From Cycas panzhihuaensis (lineage: Eukaryota > Plantae > Cycadophyta), in the NCBI GenBank assembly GCA_023213395.1, contig CM041465.1:47995741-48059740 (forward strand): 64,000 nucleotides of DNA, read 5' to 3'. Below are positions 26,971-41,800 of this stretch, one piece after another (position 1 is the stretch's first letter; each line of letters begins with the position of its first letter). Below the pieces are notes generated by a model, which saw only the letters and a program-made list of their open reading frames with translations, had not been told where the DNA came from and did not search any database. Position numbers and translations under genes: made by a program.

Positions 26971-27400
26971 AGATCCACATTAAGAATTGAAAATTTATTA
27001 TAAATTTTGGTATTATTCTTATGATTGATGGAATACCTCTAGTATGTAATGCACTTCTCAAATGTCATCAACCTTGATGACTCAGACCTCAATTTATTTT
27101 TCATATGAACATTAATTCAACAAGATCCACATCGAGAATCAAAAAATTATTATAAATTTTGGTATTATTCTTATGATTGATGGAATACCTCTAGTATATA
27201 ATGCACTTCTCAAATGTCATCAACCTTGATGACTCATACCTTAATTTATTCTCATATGAATATTAATTCAATAAGATCCACCTTGGGAATCAAGAATTTA
27301 TTATAAATTTTGGTATTATTCCTCTGATTGATGGAATACCTATTGTATATAATGCACTTCTCAGATAGAATACCTCTAGTATATAATGCACTTCTCAAAT
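26911..27400. repeat. tandem array, three ~151-152-bp units plus a partial unit
   Basis: ATGTCATCAACCTTGATGACTCA recurs at 26911, 27062 and 27214. GAATACCTCTAGTATATAATGCACTTCTCA-like block recurs four times. Confidence 0.93.
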
Positions 27401-30400
27401 GACAATGGTTGCACAATGCACACATCCTCCAAAATTGAGGACACAACACTCTAGCAATCAAACAAAATGGAAGGAAACTATTAATAGATTTAGACCGTCA
27501 TATAATAAGCAAAGAAATAATAGATTCTTATTCCTCAAATGAGGAAGATGATAATGATTATGATGATATAAAGACCAAAGACAATTAACACCCATTAAAT
27601 ATACTAGTTGATAATGATAATATATGTGAAACTATTGAGGGTGTTCTATATTTGGATCCGTGTCCATAAGATAAAAGTAAAATTAGATAGTGGATTATTT
27701 CATTAGCAATTATAAGATTATAAAATATTTTTGCCTTCATGTTACTTAGTCAATATGGAACTATCAAATTCTAATAATATGTATCAAATAGAAGACATAT
27801 GCAAGACTACTAATCATAAACATGAATACATGACCCAACTTTTAAAGTTATAATAGAGAATCAACCAATACTAAAAAAAAATCATACAACTTTCATGACA
27901 ATGAGCAAATTTTCTATAATAAATTACCACAATAATTAATCAATTTAGGAACTAGATAAGATGTACAAGCTATTAAATAGTCAAAAGATGGGATCTCATG
28001 TTGATCAAGGCATCTACAACAATCTTTTCATAATATAAAGATGTGTTTGTTTGGGCCTACAAAGATTTGAAAGGAACACCAAAAGATTTATATGAACATA
28101 AAATTAAATTAATACCAGGAGCTAAACTTGTGAAACATTGACCTTACCAAATAAATCTTAAATATGTAGAGTAAGTAAATGCAAAGATTAAAAAAAAGTT
28201 AAATGTAAAGATTATATTTAAAGCAGAGATAAACAAATGGGTTTTACCAATTATTGTGATTATAAAGAAGAATGACAAAATTTAAATTTATGTCAATTTT
28301 TAGAAACTACATGCAGTAACTCCCAAAGACTTATTTTTTATACCTTTTATTGATATTATATTAGAAGAATTTATAGGACATGAAGTATGTTCATTCTTGA
28401 ATGTTTTTTTGGGCTATAACCAAATCAATATTGCAAAAAAGGATAAGCTAAAAACTATATTCCATCATATAATCTAGGATTTTTGCATATAATTAAACGC
28501 CTTTTGGACTATGCAATGCTTTGACAACATTTCAAAGAATCATCATGTATTTATTTGAATAACTGTTATCAAAATTGGTCAAGGTATTCTTGGATGATTG
28601 GTCTATTTATGGAAGTATCAAAGATCATATACCAGTACTGAGAAAATATTTATAAGTTTGTAAAGGAGAATTATTGTCATTAAATTCAAAAAAATATCAA
28701 TTTTTGTTTCCATATAGGAAGTTGTTATGGCATATTAATTTCACATAAGGTTTAAAAATAGACCCTGAAAAACTTAAAGTTATAATAAATTTAGTACCAC
28801 TAATAGATGTAACAAGAGTTTGAGCATTCTTTAGATACATTGGGTATTGCCATAATTTTATAAAGAGTTTTATCTAAATAACAAATCCCTTAGAGTAATT
28901 ATCATATAAAGGTACAAAATTTGTATGGCAAAATAAACAACAAAATGCATTTAAAGATGCTAAGAATAAACTTATTACAATCCTAATCTTACCCTTTCTT
29001 GTTTGGTCAAAAGAATTTTACATTTATGTTGATGTATCACAGATAATAATAAGTTGCATACTAGCTTAGGAAGGAAGTTATAAATTTGACTTACCCATTT
29101 ACTTTACTAGTAGATGACTAAGTAAAATAGAAAAAAAAATTCAATGATGGAAAGGTAAGGGTTATGAATGATTTATGCAGTTTAAAAGTTTTGCCACTAC
29201 TTGCTAGCTAACCTCTTTATTTTTTATGTTGATCCCCAAGCTCTTTTATACATGATCAATAAACTTATCATCTAAGGAAGGATTAGTCAATGGTTATTAT
29301 AATTATAAGAATTTAATTTTAAGGTTGTAGTTTGAACAAGATGTGCACATGTGGCTGCAGATCACTTATCTGGAATTCACACAGGCAAAGAACTAAGAAT
29401 TCACATGGGCAAAGAACTAATTGGAGTAAATGATAATTTTCTTAATATAAAACTATTCTAAGTAATAATCTCTCCACTTCGTTATAAAGATATAATAGAA
29501 TACTTAAGCACAAGGTCATTTCCTATTGACATACCCTCATAATAACAAAGAGAACCAGTAAAGAAATCCATGCCTTATTAACTAATATGAGGGCTTCTTT
29601 ATAAGATAGATAAGGACCACATACTTTGAAGATGTATAATGTTGGAGGAAGTTCAACTAGTGTTGAAAGAGGCATATTAAGGAATTGTAAATAATCATGT
29701 TGGACCTAAATCCATAGTACGAAAATCTTATTATCGGGGTTGTGATAGATTCAACTATTGAAGGATACAAAAGAATATATTTCTAAGTGTGATACATTCT
29801 AATAAATGGGATAACCCTTAGACCATGATTTTATGCCTCTACAACTATATTTAGTCCAATGTGTTTTTGAATGATGGGGTCTAGACTTTGTTAGACCTTT
29901 TAAGTATGCTGTTAGAATAACATAGACAAAATATATAGTAGTAGCTATTACGTATCTTGTAAAGTGGATTGAAGTAAAGGCACTTTGAGACAATTCAACT
30001 TGAACTACAACTATATTTCTTTACGAGAATATTATTACAAGGTTTGGGACTTTATTAGAATTTGTGAGTGATAGAGAAACCTATTTTATAAATGATATGA
30101 TTCATTACCTAATACAAGAATTTATGATTACACATCACAAGTCCACTCCTTATTACCCATGGGAGAATGATCAATCTGAATCAACAAGTAAAATAATAGT
30201 GACAATGCTAACTAAATTATACAATGCAAATAGAAATGATTGGGAAGAATGGTTACACTTAGTACTATGGGCTTTTCAAATGACATGCAAGATTACTGCT
30301 AGACATACCCTACTTTAGTTTGTATATGGTATAGAAAAAGTTCTCCCCATAGAATTTTTGATGCCAAGTTTATAGATAATAGTATAAGAAGGATGATTAT

Positions 30401-30518
30401 ATACACTTAGTCTTAAAGCTAGTCTAGAAGTAATTTTGGCTTTATATAAGAAGTGATTATAGGTACAATGGGCAATGAATATAATATAACAATGTATAAA
30501 AAATTGGTTTAATAAAGT
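26971..30518 (+). pseudogene. gypsy pol (protease C-terminal part, RT, RNase H, integrase), degenerate
   Basis: RT motifs (GYNQI ~28412, PFGLCNA ~28500, FLDD ~28590), RNase H (HIYVDVS ~29020, ADHLS ~29358), integrase (WGLDFV ~29875, HHKSTPYYP..N ORF 30064). The integrase C-terminus resumes at 47734-47970 (FKEGDL..GKLKIRWLRPF). Confidence 0.9.
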
Positions 30519-30936
30519 CGTTAAAATATAATAATAACTTCTTATACTTTTATGCAATTTTAAATTAAGTCATAACTTAATGCTATATTCCTAGTTAAGG
30601 GTCATCACTCCACCTTTTCCTTGTAACCAACCAATGGGATGTGTCTAATATGAGGGCCAACCAAATGTGATCATATGAAGTCTAATCCACATTCACCATT
30701 TGTAATGTGTGAGATATTGAGCCCTCTATAAATTAAAGCCATGTCCACACCCATTTGTAATGATCTTTGATGAGAGTCTAAACTCTGTTAAAATTCTATA
30801 TTAAGCATGAACTAATTTGATCCTTGAATATATTATGTTCATCTTAATATGTTCATAATATCTTTTGATAACTTTATATTTAATACAAGAGAGTTAAGAT
30901 CCTATTTCAATAATTAGATTAATTTTGATTTTGTTA
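30519..30936 (+). repeat. 5' LTR (418 bp)
   Basis: Colinear with 47311-47728. Confidence 0.92.
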
Positions 30937-33900
30937 ATTAGTATTAGAGTTAGTTCTCTTGTATATACTCATTCTGCTACAAGTTTTCTCATATTGTAGA
31001 GGTTTACCCTATTCTATTATAAAAAAATGAAACCCCATTTTCACCTCATTTGACCCCATTTAGAGAACATTAAAAAAATAAACAAACCCTATTTAGGTCT
31101 ATTCTATGTATACACCTCTGTTGGTTTGAATTATATGTTCTCTCTTCAACTCCATTTTCACCAATATGAAGGTCAAATGGCCAACCATTATGACCAACTT
31201 TGTGTTGGTCAATCTATAGATTATGTTAAAGGGAGATGTCTCAGTTATAAAAGATCATACTTCCCATGGAACGACCTACTCATTGAAACCTTACATAGAT
31301 GAGTTTGCCCATGTTAGCTGGAACAAAAGCAAGTTCTAAATCGATGGCTGCTTAGTCTAGTTGATGTATGAAAATCCTAACCATTTGATAGCCACTATAT
31401 TGAAGAGATATTCTTGTAGTTTATGATAAATGGAAGGGCCCCCCAACCTATGCCCAAATCTTGTAAAGAGAAGATCTTTACACTATTTTTGTAATATTTT
31501 CTTAACTAGGTATCTATTTTTTGAATAGTCTAAACCATCAAAATCCTGATTGAAAGTTCTACAACTTAGACTCACTTTTGGTTAATTTTAGGTACATTTT
31601 AGGCTGCATAAATCTCCTTATTTTACCTCTTCTTATTCATTTTTTAAAATCCATTTTTTAATTAATTAAAGGCTTTAAATATATTTTAAAATAGAATATT
31701 TTAGTTATTAGCATCTTTTCAACATTTGAGAAGTAATTGTCACTTATTTTCTAAGCTAACATATGTGATATTTTATGGTTGTAGGTTGTCTTCTTATCGA
31801 GGAAGGTTACTTTTTACCTTTCAATAATGATTACTTTCTGAATGAGCACTCTAAAATCTTTCTTTATTTTTATTTTTTATTTTTATTCATGTTTCATACT
31901 TTAATTATTAAAATTCAATATTCTTATATTTAAATAAGACCATATTAAAAATAAATTTAAACTTAAAACATTAATCAAGATAATTTTTAAATTGAATTTC
32001 TAGACTACTAATATTGCAAGGTGAACGACTAAGACCCTTAAAGTATTCACTTCTACATACATGAGTTGTATTCACCTCAATAAGCAAGCTGGGAGGTAAC
32101 TTGGTATAAGGTGTGTTGAGTGATATATTAAGATGTTAAACCTTCTTTTGGTATTTGAAGACAAAGCTAGAACTAAAGGGGATGAGTACCTTGATTATGG
32201 TCCTTCGCTATATCTATTAATTGGTATAAATACAATACAAGTGGATTTAGAGTGTTAAGGAGTCAGTTAAGCCTTCTATATTCATATATTGAGATATATA
32301 GAGTTTAACTTATTCATATATTAACATATATAGAGTCCTTGAACTGCCATTTATAGGTAGGTTCCATTAGATAGAATAACAACTAAGGGCTTCCTTGAAG
32401 ACATTGAAACTTTAAAACTCTAGCTTAGTAACCCTACTAGGTAGATTATACACAATGGTAACTCAAATATTGATTTCAAACATGATTAAACTATCAAGGA
32501 GTGATAACTTTTTAGATTAAAAGAAATAAGACAAATACCTCTTAATCATAAATAATTTTAGGCTTATGTATCTAGAGACATATGTATACCTACTCCCATA
32601 CATGACCTAAGTAACCCCAATAATGTGATCTCTTTAGACCTTATTACCCTTGTTGCCTTTAGAGCTAAGGATAATATAGCTCCATCCTTCCTTCACTTAA
32701 CTATATAGGACAATGTAGACTAAAACATTGAAATAATAGATACTTCTCATAAAACTTAGAACATTATATATTCCCTTTATGAGTAGAAGGTTGACTTAAG
32801 AGTGATTATGCTAAAAGCATGTTTACATGCCATAACTTTCACTAGTTATATTCCCTAATATATGATCAAATTTAAGTCTATTGGGAACTAATTCAATACT
32901 CTTAGAGCTCCTTCTAACCTTGCCCTTGTTGCTATTATTATAAATATCCTTCCTTCTATATATAATAGTTTTATCTATCATTTATTTAATGAATTTATCA
33001 TTATGGACTTTAGTATCTTAGAAGGACTGCTGCTAAAAGAAGAAGGTATCCAAAACCATTAAGGAGCAACATCCTTTTCTAACACTACTTCTATATTCAT
33101 TACTAATAATCATGGGAGAAATTAGTTTCAATAGTAGCCTCTTGCCTAATAGTTTGGTTTGATGAATTTAAACCAACCACCATAATAGATAAGAAACCAA
33201 TAGAGGAGATAAAATGTTATCTGCCTAGATTATGGCAAACTTGGGCATGTGATTTTAGAATATAAAAAGATAATTTGATCTGTAGCTTATACAAAACTTA
33301 ACTAGATAATAAGGAGGCCCATATTAATAACAAAATAGAGGTTATGGTCAAGGAAATAGATAATAACAAAGAAATCAACCCAGGAATTACAATCAGGGCA
33401 ATAATAAAAGTTTCTAATACAAGGGGCTATATGGCCATTCCCACACCAATTCCTGGTCTTATTCGTTACTGAACTCTCTTCTCATCATGTAGATAATTTC
33501 TAATTGATAGACTCTGATTCCACATATTACATGACAAGCACTAAAGAACTCTTAAAGGATACTACACCCATGGAGAAAACTAGGTCCCAATAACCAGAAA
33601 CTACTACTAAGATCTAAACTATTTTGTAATTAGTTATAGGAATTAAAATTAAAAAATTATATGCAAGTTCTTAAATAAGAGATAATATAATAAATAAATT
33701 AGAAATATAAAGCATCATATATGCACCAGATATAACATGGTAAAACCCTAGCAATATACTAGGGAAACATCCACATAGGAAAGGTACTGATCTTTATTAC
33801 CCAAGAATAGAGAAATATATATAATTTATAGTATAATGTTAATAGCAACAATAACCAACCATCTCTACTCCTCATAGTACATCCAATACATCGAATACTA

Positions 33901-34269
33901 TTAATATAATGAAAAAACACCCTAAATTAGACTATGTGAGAGAGTCATATAAGGTACAAATCTTGACCATTAAATCTAGGATATTTTGAATGAACGACTT
34001 TGATTCTCTTTATAATTTAGTATGTTTTATAGTGCTAGCTTTTAAGGTTAGGGGCTACCACCCTTAAATCGTCTCTTTGTGGGGGGGTTCTAGTGCCCCC
34101 CATACCCCTTGGCCAAGCAGGGCCTCCACCCCCCTTGGATCCCTCTGCTGAAGTTTAGAGAGGAAACTACACTACCAACCTATCAAAATTTTTGTCCTCA
34201 AAATATTATTGTCACATTATCTAATAATCTCCACCTTGACAACAATTTACCTGAAACCTTTCCTGGACC

Positions 34270-37200
34270 ATTCATCATCTTTTTTGTAAGCTAAGAGAAG
34301 TCAAGCACCATTTAAACTTCTCTAGTAGTACTAGTTTTGTGAATATATTAGTACAATTCTATTTTGTGTTAACCTTCTCAAATGCTACTCTACCTACTTC
34401 CATAACTTGTCGAGTAAAATGGTACTTAAGAGCAATATGCTTTGTCCTACTATGATAAACTAGATTCTTTGTTAAGTAAATGACACTTTGACTATCACAA
34501 AATACTTTTACCTTTTTTTGTTTCCTTCCAAGCTCAACCAGTAGACCCTACAACCAAATTGCTTCCTTATAAGCATGTGCCATAGCAACATACTCTACTT
34601 TTATAGTCGATAATACAATTGTACTTTACAATTTTGACATCTAACTAAACAGATCATTTGCAAGAGTAAACACATAACCCGAAGTAGACCTTCTCTTATC
34701 TAAATCTCCTATAAAATTTGAATCAACATATCTACAAACCTAATTACCTATACCGCCAAAGGTGATACAATGGTTACTTGTACCTCTTAAATACTAAAGC
34801 ACCCATTTCACTACTACCCAATATTCCTTTCTTGGATTTGCCATAAATCTCCTAACTACACTGACAAGTTTTGTATATACCATGGCATATATCAAACTTT
34901 CTACTCCACTGGCATAAGGTACACGAGATATATAATCCTTTTCTTCTTCAGTATTAGGACTCATACTCGAAGAAAACTTGAAATAGGAAGCCAACGAGAT
35001 ACTCACTGGTTTCACATTTGCCATACCAAATCTATTTAGTACCTTCTCTACATATTTCTACCGTGATACCCATAGTTTACCATTTTTCCTATCTATATGT
35101 ATCTCCATGCCTAAGATTTATTTTGTAGCTCCTAGATCCTTTAAATCAAAAGTCCTAGCCAATTGAGCATTTAACTTGTTGATTTTTGCCATACTATTGC
35201 TTACAACCAACATGTCATCAACATACAATACTAAGATAATAAATAAGCTATTATCTAAGAATTTAAAGTAAATATAATGATCATACTTACTTCTTTTAAA
35301 ATTTTGGCTCTCCATAAAGGCATCAAACTTTATATACTATTACCTATGTGATTACTTCAAGCCATACAATGATTTTCTAAGCTTATAAATAAATCTTTTC
35401 CTACCATCCTGTACAAGCCCTTTGGGTTGATCCATATAGATCTCCTCATCTAAATCTCCATGTAGAAAATCTATTTTTACATCTAACTACTACAACTCTA
35501 AATCAAGAGAATCTACCAATGCTAATAAAACCTAAATTGAAATAAGTTTAACAACTAGTGAAAAGATCTCATAAAAATCAATGCTCGCTTTTTATACAAA
35601 GCCTTTAGCCACTAGTCTTGCATTATATTTGTCAACCTTTCCATCAACATCTATTTTTTTCTTAAAAATCCACCTATAACCAACAATCTTCCTACTATGT
35701 GGAAGTTCTATCAAGTCCTATGAATTATTTTTCTTCAAAGCATCTATCTCTTTTTGCATAGCCCTCTTCCACTTCTCATTATAGATATCATCTACTACTT
35801 CCTAATAGCATATAGGCTCACCATCATTAGAAACCAAAGTAATAGAAATAAAAGGGTTGTACTTATTAGGTGGATAACTAACTCATATAGATCTTCTAAC
35901 AGTTAGTGGAGGAGTGTCCACATACTCCTATAAATCTACTACAGATTCATCTTTAAAAAGCTCTTCCTCTATTTTTGCTTCCAAAGACGACTAGTTCTCA
36001 AGCTTGACCTGTTAATGTTCAACTTTTTGCTCTAGTTTTACTTTTACTTCTACACTGTTTGATTTTAGAAAAGGAGATTCATCAAATATAACATCTTTAT
36101 TAATAATGATTTTATGGGTAGTAGGATCCCATAACCTGTATCCCTAGACACCATCTCCATTACCATAACCAACAAAGATACATCTCTTGGATTTTAGGTC
36201 TAACTTTGAATGTTGAATTTTATTAGTCAAGGCATAAACATCACAACAAAAAACATTAAACTTTGAATAGTTACATGGCTATCCAGTCTATACCTCTTTA
36301 GAAATCTTGTAGTCTATTGTAAGTGATGGTGACCTATTTACTAAATAATAAGTTGTCTGAATAGCTTCTGCCCATAAGCCCTACTCCACTCCTGTATTAC
36401 TCAATATGCTTTTCACTCTTTCCAAGAGTGTCCTATTCATGTGGTCAACTATGTCATTCTGTTGTGGAGTATAGTTATTGGTCTTATGCATTTTGATTAT
36501 AACTTCTCTGCAATAGTTCTCAAACTCCAAGGAGTTAAACTCACCTTGATTATCAGTTCTTAAATATTTAATTGACCTACTAGTGCTCTTCTTAAGAGCC
36601 TTGAATTGCTTAAACATACTAAAAGCTTTAGATTTCCTTTTTGAAAAAAGGACCCAAATATTTTTGGAGTAATCATCTATAAATGTGATAAAGTACAATG
36701 ATCCTCCATAAGATATTATGGGGGCTAGTCCCCACACATCTAAATATACATAATCCAAAACATCTTTACTAGTGTGACTCCCTACTTCAAACTTGAGTCT
36801 ACACTACATTCCAAAAATATAATGTTTATAAAGGTTAATTCTAAAATCTACAAGTTAGGAAGTAACTTATGGTTCATCAGTACCTTAAGTTCTCTCTCAC
36901 TCATGTGCCCAAGTCTCTGATGCCATAACTGAGCTAGATCTTCTATAGTCTTTAATACTATAGTTACATGGCTGACATCTGCACTTCCCTCTAAATGTAA
37001 ATGTTTCCTTTCTTTAAGGATTTCATAATAACCAAGGCACCCTTTGATACCTTGAAGAATCTTTCATAACCTATGCACTTATAACTACCAGAATCTAGTT
37101 TACCTAAGAAAATTAGATTCCTTTTTAGATCAGGTATATGTTTGACTTTACTTAATGTTCTCACTATATCATCAAACATTTTAATTTTGATGTTGCCAAT

Positions 37201-38183
37201 GCCCAGTGTCTTATAGGAAACTTCATTTTCTATAAGCACATCACCACCATCAAGAGGTTGGTATGATGAAAACCAACTCTTGTGTGGACACATGTGGTGT
37301 GAAGTACCTAAATCTAATAACCAATCATGATAATAATAGGAAATATTATAAATATCTAAGACATCATCATCATCTGTACCTTGATTTGACTCCACTTGAT
37401 TATCCTCCTTGGCAAGATCTTCTTTTTTTAGAACTCTTTCCTTTTGTAGTAATCCTTCTTGAGGTGACTTGTCTCATTATAGTATTAACATTTGAGTTTA
37501 CTCTTCTTGCCTTTTGACTTTGACCTCAATGTGTCCTTGGAGCTTTGTCCTCTCTCAATCATTTTGCCCCTTACTATCATAGCTTCTAGTGTGGAGGTTT
37601 CAAGATAGGACTTCCTCCTCACCTCTTCCATTAGCAAAGCAATCATAACAGAATCATAGTCTAATTTATTTGTAGTGTTAAAACTAATTGAGATAACAAT
37701 ATTATCCCAAGATTCTAATAATGAATATAATAAGGTAACAACTTTGTTCTCATTCTTAATAGTAACATTGATACTAGCTAATTGATAAATAAGAGTATTA
37801 AAAATATTTAAATAATCAGTAATTTTTGTACCTTCTTTCATCTATAATGAGTGCAACTTCATTATCAAGTAAATTCAATTCGTCACTAATTTAGTCATGT
37901 ATAAGCCTTCCAAGTAGGTCCATAATCCTGCTACTATCTTCTCCCCTGTAATGTTAAACAAAACTTTATCCGCCAAGCATAATTATATTGTGCCAAGAGC
38001 CCTTTTATCCAAATCATCCCATTCATCACCATCTATATTTTCAAGTATCTTCAATTTGCTTGTAAGAGCTCTATACAATTACTATTATACTAAAACATCA
38101 TACACTTTCAACTTCCACAACTTAAAGTTATTTTTGCCATTGAATTTCTCCACCTTAAACTTTTCATTCATAAGTTTTACCAT
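34270..38183 (-). pseudogene. Tnt1-like gag-pol of element A
   Basis: ORF fragments with KVEKFNGKNNF, WLLDLGTSHHMCP, DYVYLDVWG..FIDDYS..LRTDN.GEF, LYVDDML, RVPYAS.V.SLIYAMV. Confidence 0.93.
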
Positions 38184-38854
38184 TTGGTGCAGAAAAAACT
38201 GACACCAAAACCTTCTCAAACTCATTGTAAAAATAAAAGTGGATTTGATACAATTTATGAGAAAACTAGGTCCTAATAACTAGAAACTGCCACCAAGATC
38301 TAAACTATTTTGCAACTAGTTACAGGAATTGAAACTAAAAATTTATATACAAGTTCTTAAACAAGGGATAATATAATAAATAAATAAATAAACTAAAGAA
38401 TCACATATACACCATATATAACATAGTAAAACCCTAGTAGTGTATTAAGAAAACATCCACATCGGAAAGGTATCAATCTTTATTATCCAAGAATATAGAT
38501 ATATACATAATTTGTAGTTGAATACTTATAACAATAACAACCAACCACCTCTACTCCTTATAGTATATCCAATACATTGAATACCATCAATATAATAAAA
38601 AAAAACCTTAAATCAAGTTATATGAGAGAGTTATACAAAGCACAAATCTTGACTATTAAATCTAGGGTATTTGGAATGAATGACCTTAATTCTCTTTACA
38701 ATTTAGTATGTTTTACAGTACTAGCTTTTTGGGTCAGGGGCTCCACCCTCAAACCTCTTCTTTACAGGGGGGGTTTCAGTAGCCCCTGTACCACCCAACT
38801 AAAGGGGGGCTCTCATCCCCCTTGGGTCCCCTTGCAGAAGTTTAGAGAGTAAAC

Positions 38855-41800
38855 TATTAGATAATATAATAATAATGTTTTGGAGGCTAAAATTTTGATA
38901 GGTTGGCAACATAGTTTTCCCCTAAAAACATACTAAATTATAAAGAGAATCATGATCATTCATTCAAAATATCCCAAATTCTATGGTTGAGATTTATGCC
39001 TTGTATGACTCTCTTATATAACCTAATTTAGGGTGTTTTTTCATCATGTCGATTATGTTTGATATATTAGATGTACTGTATTAAGTAGAGGCAACTGGTT
39101 GTTATTGCTATGAGTATTCTACTGTAGATTATATATATTTCTCCATTCTTAGATAATAAATATCGATACCTTTCTTATGCAGATGTTTCCCTAGTACACT
39201 GCTAGGGTTTTACCTTGTTATATCATGTGTATATATGATGCTTTAGCTTTCTAATTCATTTATTATATTATCTATGGTTTAAGAACATGCATGTTAAATT
39301 TTAGTTTTGATTCTCATAACTAGTTACAAAATAGTTTAGATCTTCGTGGTAGTTTTTGGTTATCAGGACCTATATTTCTCAATAAGTGGTATCAAAGCCA
39401 CTTTTATTTTTGTAGTGAATTTGGAAAGGTTTTAGTTTTGACTTTTTCTATACCAAATGGTAAAACTGATGAATGTAAAATTTGAGGTGGAGAAATTCAA
39501 TGGTAAGAACAACTTTGAGTTTTTGAAGCTGAAAGCATATAATGTTTTAGTACAATAAGATTTATACAGAGCTCTTACAGGCAAATTAAAAAAATCTGTA
39601 TAGATAGACAATGACAAACGTGATGATCTAGATTAAAAGGCCTCTTAACATAATACGATTGTGCTTGGTAGATGATGTTTTATTTAACATTGTATAGGAG
39701 AAGACAACATTAGGATTATGGACCCAGTTGAAAGGCTTTTACATGACCAAATTACTGACGAATGAAATATACTTGAAGAGGTAGCAGTTGTCATTGTAGA
39801 GAAGGAAGGTACAAATATTACTAATTATTTAAATATTTTTAATACTCTTATTTATTAGTTAGCTAGTATCAATGTCATGATTGAGGATGAGGACAAGGAT
39901 GTTACCTTATTATGTTCATTACTAGAATCTTGGAATAATATTGTCATCTCAATTAGTTTTATCACTACAGATAAATTAGACTATGATTCTGTTGTGAATA
40001 TTTTTCTAATAGAAGAAGTGAGGAGGAATTTCAATCTTGAAACCTCCACACTAGAAGTTATGATATCAAGGGGTAAAACTATTGAGAGAGGACAAAGCTA
40101 TAGGGACACATCGAGGTTAAAGTTAAAAGGCAAGAAGAGTAAGCTCAGATATTCACACTGCAATAAGACAGGTCACCTCAAGAAGGATTGCTACAAAAGA
40201 AAGAAGTTCTAGAAAAATGAAGATCTTGTGAAGGAGGCTAATTAGGTGGAGTTAAATTAAGGTACATATGATGATGTCTTAGTTGCTTATAATATTTTCC
40301 ATTATCATTATGATTGGTTATTAGATTCAGGTGCTTCACACCATATATGTCCATACAAGAGTTAGTTTTCATCATACCAACCTCTTGATAGTAGTGATGT
40401 GCTTATGGGAAATGAAGTTTCTTGTAAGATAATAGGCATTGGTAGCATTAGAATTAAAATATTCAATGGTGTAGTGAGAATATTAACTGAAGTTAGGCAT
40501 ATAACTAATCTAAAAAAGAATCTGATTTCCTTAGGCGAACTAAATTTTGGTGGTTATAAGTACACAGGTCATGAAGAAGTCTAAGGTGTCAAAGTGCATT
40601 TTGGTTGTTATGAAAGCCTTAAAGAAATGAAACCTTTATATTTTAGTGAGAACTACAAATGTTAGCCATATAATTACAACATCAAAGACTACAAAAGATC
40701 CAGCTCAGTTATGGCGTCAGAGACTTGGGCATATAAATGAGAGAGGACTTAAGGTGATAATGAACCGTAAGTTACTTCCTAACTTACATCTTTCATATTT
40801 AACTTTTTTAAATATTATATTTTTAGAAAGTAATATAGACTCAAGTTTAAAGTAGGAAGTCACACTAGTAAAGGTGTTCTAGATTACATACATTGGATGT
40901 ATGGGGACCAACCCCTACAATATCTTATAGAGGATCATTGTACTTTATCATATTTATAGATGATTACTCCAGAAAGGTATGGGTCTATTTTTTAGAAAAA
41001 GAAATCTAAAGTTTTTAGTATGTTTAATTAGTTCTAGGGTCTAGTTAAGAAAAGCACTGACAGGTCAATCAAATATTTAAGAATTGACAATGGAGGTAAG
41101 TTTAATTCCTTAGAGTTTAAGAACTATTGCAGAGAAGTTGGGTTCAAATGGCATAAGACCACTAAGTATACTTCGTAGTAGAATGGCATAACTGAGTACA
41201 TGAAGATGACATTCCTTTAAAGAGCAAGAAGTATGTTGAGTAATGCAAATATGGAGCAAGGCCTATGGGCATAAGCTATTCAAAAAACTTGTTATTTAGT
41301 AAACTAGTCACCATAACTTGTAATAGACCACGAGATTCTTAAAGAGGTATGCACCGGATATCCATGTGACTATTCAAATTTAAAAGTTTTTGGTTGTGAT
41401 GCTTATGCCTTGATTAATAAAAGTCAACATTTAAAGTTAGACCTGAAATCTAAAAGATGTATCTTTGTTGGTTATGGTGATAGATATAGTGTGAAGGGGT
41501 ACAAGTTGTGGGATCTTAGTGCCCACAAAATCACTATTAATAGAGATATTATGTTTGATGAATCCCTCTTTCTAAAATTAGATAATATAAAATTTAAAGT
41601 GAAATAGGAGTAGAAATCTAAACATTAATATGTCAAGCTTGAGACCTAGCTATCTTTAGAAATAAAAGAGTAGGAAGACCTTTCTAAAGATGAATCTATA
41701 ACAGATTTACAAGAGTATGTGGATACTCCTCCATTAACTGTTAGAAGATCTATATGAGTCAATCACCCACCTGACAGGTATAACCCTTCTATTTCTATTA

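Noticed and set aside
26911-27400. Regularly spaced repeats resembling a CRISPR array
   Set aside because: The intervening sequence is also repeated (a true tandem repeat), the context is eukaryotic and there are no cas genes.
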